This document shows, in pieces, positions 60,959 to 64,000 of a DNA stretch of 64,000 nt. The notes under the pieces are model-generated. The model saw nothing but the letters and a program-made list of their open reading frames with translations. It did no database searches and was not told where the DNA came from. Each line of letters starts with the position of its first letter. The stretch's first letter is position 1. The position numbers and the translations under genes are program-made. Source of the DNA: Candidatus Iainarchaeum sp. (GTDB taxonomy: Archaea; Iainarchaeota; Iainarchaeia; Iainarchaeales; GCA-2688035); assembly GCA_017610205.1 (NCBI GenBank), contig JAFCCL010000007.1, positions 1-64,000 of the forward strand, given 5' to 3'.

Positions 60959-62236
60959 ATGGCTGATAAACCACACGTTAACCTTGTCTTTATTGGACAC
61001 GTTGACCATGGAAAAAGTACACTGGTTGGAAGACTTTTGTATGACTCAGGCGCATTGCCTGAACAAGAATATAGAAAACTTGAGGCTGAGGCAAAATCTG
61101 TTGGAAAGGGAACCTTTGCATTTGCTTTTGCAATGGACAACCTTAAAGAAGAAAGGGAGCGAGGGGTAACAATTGACGTTTCCTACAAGAAATTTGAAGG
61201 AAAAAAGAACAATTTTACCATAATTGATGCACCAGGCCACAAGGACTTTATTAAAAATATGATTACCGGAACAAGTCAGGCTGACGCCGCTGTTTTGGTT
61301 ATTGCTGCAAAAGAAGGCGTAATGGCACAGACAAAAGAACACGCTTTCCTTGCACAGGTAATGGGCTTAAAGCAGCTTATTATTGCAGTAAACAAAATGG
61401 ACGAAGTCAACTATGATGAGGCAAAATTCAAAGAAGTTCATGAACAAGCAGAAAAGCTTCTAAAAGGTGTTGGATATAAAGGAGAGCAAATGAAATTTAT
61501 CCCGGTTTCTGCATGGGTTGGAGACAACGTTGCAAAGAAATCTGACAAAATGACATGGTATAAGGGACCAGCACTAATAGATGCTTTGGATGAAATTATT
61601 CCGCCAAAACCACCGACAAATAAGCCTCTAAGACTACCTGTTCAAGATGTATACAACATCAAGGGCGTAGGAATTGTGCCAGTCGGAAGGGTTGAAACAG
61701 GAATTGTAAAGCCAGGTGATAAAATAATTGTTGAGCCAAGCGGAGCAACAGGTGAAATAAAAACACTTGAAATGCACCATGAGCAATTGAAACAGGCAAT
61801 TCCAGGCGACAACATTGGCTTTAATGTAAGAGGACTTGAAAAGGGAGACATTGCAAGAGGCGATGTAATCGGACCAGTAAGTGACCCACCAACTGTAGCA
61901 AAAGAATTCGAAGCACAGATTGTGGTTTTGTCACACCCTACAGCAATACCTGTTGGATACACTCCAGTATTCCACCTTCACACAGCCCAGCTTTCATGTA
62001 AAATAACAGAAATTTTGAAAAAGCTGGACCCTAAAACAGGCCAAACAAAGGAAGAAAATCCAAAATTCCTGAAAACAGGAGACGCAGCAATTGTAAAGAT
62101 TGTGCCAACCAAGCCGGTTGTAGTGGAAGAATATAAGAAATTCCCACAGCTTGGCAGATTTGCAATCAGGGACATGGGCCAGACTGTTGCGGCAGGAATG
62201 GTCACAAAGGTTGTGCCAAGGGAGAAAAAGAAGTAA
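60959..62236 (+). CDS. tuf: Elongation factor EF-1 alpha
   Basis: [27 protein letters not shown]. Confidence 0.97.
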   Translation: MADKPHVNLVFIGHVDHGKSTLVGRLLYDSGALPEQEYRKLEAEAKSVGKGTFAFAFAMDNLKEERERGVTIDVSYKKFEGKKNNFTIIDAPGHKDFIKNMITGTSQADAAVLVIAAKEGVMAQTKEHAFLAQVMGLKQLIIAVNKMDEVNYDEAKFKEVHEQAEKLLKGVGYKGEQMKFIPVSAWVGDNVAKKSDKMTWYKGPALIDALDEIIPPKPPTNKPLRLPVQDVYNIKGVGIVPVGRVETGIVKPGDKIIVEPSGATGEIKTLEMHHEQLKQAIPGDNIGFNVRGLEKGDIARGDVIGPVSDPPTVAKEFEAQIVVLSHPTAIPVGYTPVFHLHTAQLSCKITEILKKLDPKTGQTKEENPKFLKTGDAAIVKIVPTKPVVVEEYKKFPQLGRFAIRDMGQTVAAGMVTKVVPREKKK

Positions 62237-62327
62237 TTTTGGAATACATAAAAAGTAAATAAAACAGGGAAACAGTGCTTTTACTGTTTTCCTTTTTTCC
62301 ATTTTTTTTAAGCAAAGGTGAACATGG

Positions 62328-62636
62328 ATGCAAAAAGCAAGAATTAAACTGACATCTCCTGAATTTGGGCAGATAACAGAAATCTCTCAAAGAATGGTTG
62401 AAATTGCAGAAAGAACAGGTGTTAAGCATTCAGGAATTATCCCCTTGCCAACCAAAAAACTAATTGTGCCAACAAGGAAATCTCCCTGCGGCGGCGGAAC
62501 AGAAAGCTATGAAAGATGGCAATTAAGAATTCATAAAAGACTAATTGACGTTGAAGCAGACGAGCGAACCCTTAGAAGAATTATGAGGGTTGAAATCCCA
62601 GAATCAGTTCACGTTGAAATAGAATTAAAAGAATAG
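62328..62636 (+). CDS. rps10: 30S ribosomal protein S10
   Basis: PLPT..TRKSPCG.G..W..RIHKR. Confidence 0.96.
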   Translation: MQKARIKLTSPEFGQITEISQRMVEIAERTGVKHSGIIPLPTKKLIVPTRKSPCGGGTESYERWQLRIHKRLIDVEADERTLRRIMRVEIPESVHVEIELKE

Positions 62637-62695
62637 GACTTTAAGACGAAACTGTTTTAAATAACACAACCCTATTTCTTTTGAGGGATTCAAAA

Positions 62696-63217
62696 ATGCA
62701 GTATTATATCGGCTCAGACCACGCAGGATTTAACCTTAAGGAAATTATTAAGGAAAAGCTTAAGGGCAAGTACAAGTTTGAGGATATGGGAACCTTTTCT
62801 GCTACAAGAATCGATTATGCAATAGTTGGCTTTGAGGTTGCAAAAAAGGTTGCATCTGAAAAAAATGCAATTGGAGTATTAATTTGCGGGACAGGAATTG
62901 GAATGAGCATGGTTGCAAACAAGGTTCCAGGAATAAGGGCAGCACTGATTTATGACGGATTTACAGCAAAAATGGCAAGGCAACACAATAATGCAAACAT
63001 TGCATGCATTGGAGCAAGAAAGATTTCACCGCAGGCAACAATTTCAATTATTGACACCTTTTTGTCAGCAGGCTTTGACGGAAATAAGAAAGGCGGAGAA
63101 AGGCATAAGAAAAGGGTAGAGCAGATAGTGGCAATTGAAAAAGAGCATTTTAAGGAAGATGCAATTAAAAAAGGATTTTCTCTGGAAAACCTGTTTGGCA
63201 GCAAAAAAAAGGTTTAA
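62696..63217 (+). CDS. rpiB: Ribose-5-phosphate isomerase B
   Basis: GSDHAG, DY, ICGTGIG, ANKVPGIR, HNNAN, RH..RV. Confidence 0.93.
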   Translation: MQYYIGSDHAGFNLKEIIKEKLKGKYKFEDMGTFSATRIDYAIVGFEVAKKVASEKNAIGVLICGTGIGMSMVANKVPGIRAALIYDGFTAKMARQHNNANIACIGARKISPQATISIIDTFLSAGFDGNKKGGERHKKRVEQIVAIEKEHFKEDAIKKGFSLENLFGSKKKV

Positions 63218-63246
63218 ATAAAACTCTTTTCCTATTAGATTATTTT

Positions 63247-63681
63247 ATGGGCAAACAGATTTATCCAGAACCAACTGTGGGGGCACTTATATTGAATGAA
63301 AAGAAAGAAGTACTGCTTTGCAAAAGCCCTAAATTTAACGGAAAATTCATTGTGCCAGGTGGGCATGTGGAGGTAGGAGAAACGCTTGAGCAGGCGATGA
63401 AGCGAGAAATAAAGGAAGAAACAGGGCTTGAAATAGAGCCTGTGAAATTTATTGCTTTTTACAATGCGATTTATCCAAAGGATTTTTTTGAAAAACGGCA
63501 CTTCATTTTCTTTGATTTCCTTTGCAGGGCAAAAGAAGGTGCAAGGGAATGCCTGGACAATGAGGAGTTAATTAAGGCTGTTTGGATTAAACCAAAAAAG
63601 GCATTGAAAGAATTGAATCTTGAACTTTACACTCAAAAAACTATTGAAACCTACCTTGAAGGTGAAAAAGGCAATGTTTGA
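63247..63681 (+). CDS. NUDIX hydrolase
   Basis: Nudix box PGGHVEVGE..A..REIKEETGL. Confidence 0.92.
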   Translation: MGKQIYPEPTVGALILNEKKEVLLCKSPKFNGKFIVPGGHVEVGETLEQAMKREIKEETGLEIEPVKFIAFYNAIYPKDFFEKRHFIFFDFLCRAKEGARECLDNEELIKAVWIKPKKALKELNLELYTQKTIETYLEGEKGNV

Positions 63682-64000
63682 ATTGTTTGAGCACAAGGCC
63701 GATGCAGGCGTAAGAGGAGTTGGCAAAAGCAAAGAGGAAGCATTTGCAGAATGCGCAAAGGCAATGTTTTCTGTAATGGCTGATTTGAAAAAAATTGGTT
63801 CCGAAGAAAAGTTCGATGTAGAGATTGAAACAAATGACCTTGAAAGCCTTTTGGTTGATTTCCTAAACCATTTGCTTTACCTAAGAGATGTGAATGAAAT
63901 GCTGTTCAGTAGGTTTGACTTATACATAACAAATGATGGCGGTGGATGGAAGCTTAGGGGAAGGGCATTCGGAGAAAAAATTAATAAGGAAAAGCACGGC
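63674..64000 (+). CDS. Archease (partial, runs off the window)
   Basis: Read manually: MFELFEHKADAGVRGVGKSKEEAF..LESLLVDFLNHLLY..GE. Confidence 0.9.
   Translation, partial: MFELFEHKADAGVRGVGKSKEEAFAECAKAMFSVMADLKKIGSEEKFDVEIETNDLESLLVDFLNHLLYLRDVNEMLFSRFDLYITNDGGGWKLRGRAFGEKINKEKHG

Overview
Low-GC, gene-dense archaeal chromosome segment. The split RpoB''/B' and RpoA'/A'', L30e, archaeal EF-2/EF-1a and archease show it is archaeal; a DPANN lineage, possibly Diapherotrites/Iainarchaeota, is my inference from protein style only. From left to right it holds: a MazF-type TA pair; superoxide reductase, rubrerythrin, a THUMP-less ThiI and a DEAD-box helicase with an (RGSS)9 repeat; a complete 14-gene Mrp-linked membrane-bound [NiFe]-hydrogenase operon (mbhA-N) with hycI and hypA; a fused ADP-forming acetate-CoA ligase; MscS; a PIN/UPF0175 TA pair; and a ~19 kb metal/Fe-S/thiol-redox region (ZIP and CDF transporters, DUF134, NifX-like proteins, Mrp/ApbC, ArsR, a permease-less ABC ATPase + Cys-rich G3E-like GTPase + DUF4346 module, ferredoxins, FTR, thioredoxins, COG1149 ATPases, CcdA). 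After that come an orphan DNA methyltransferase, tRNA-Asp with a 2 kb islet bounded by a tRNA-3' direct repeat, a Cys-rich fibre-like surface protein, and the rpoH-rpoB-rpoA-L30e-nusA-S12-S7-EF2-(pseI insertion)-EF1a-S10 cluster. I read several small genes and remnants directly from the sequence that the ORF track misses: a ferredoxin, a Cys-rich peptide, a SWIB-like mini-protein, a frameshifted CX5R phosphatase and a GATase remnant. All family assignments come from motif recognition by eye; no database searches were run.
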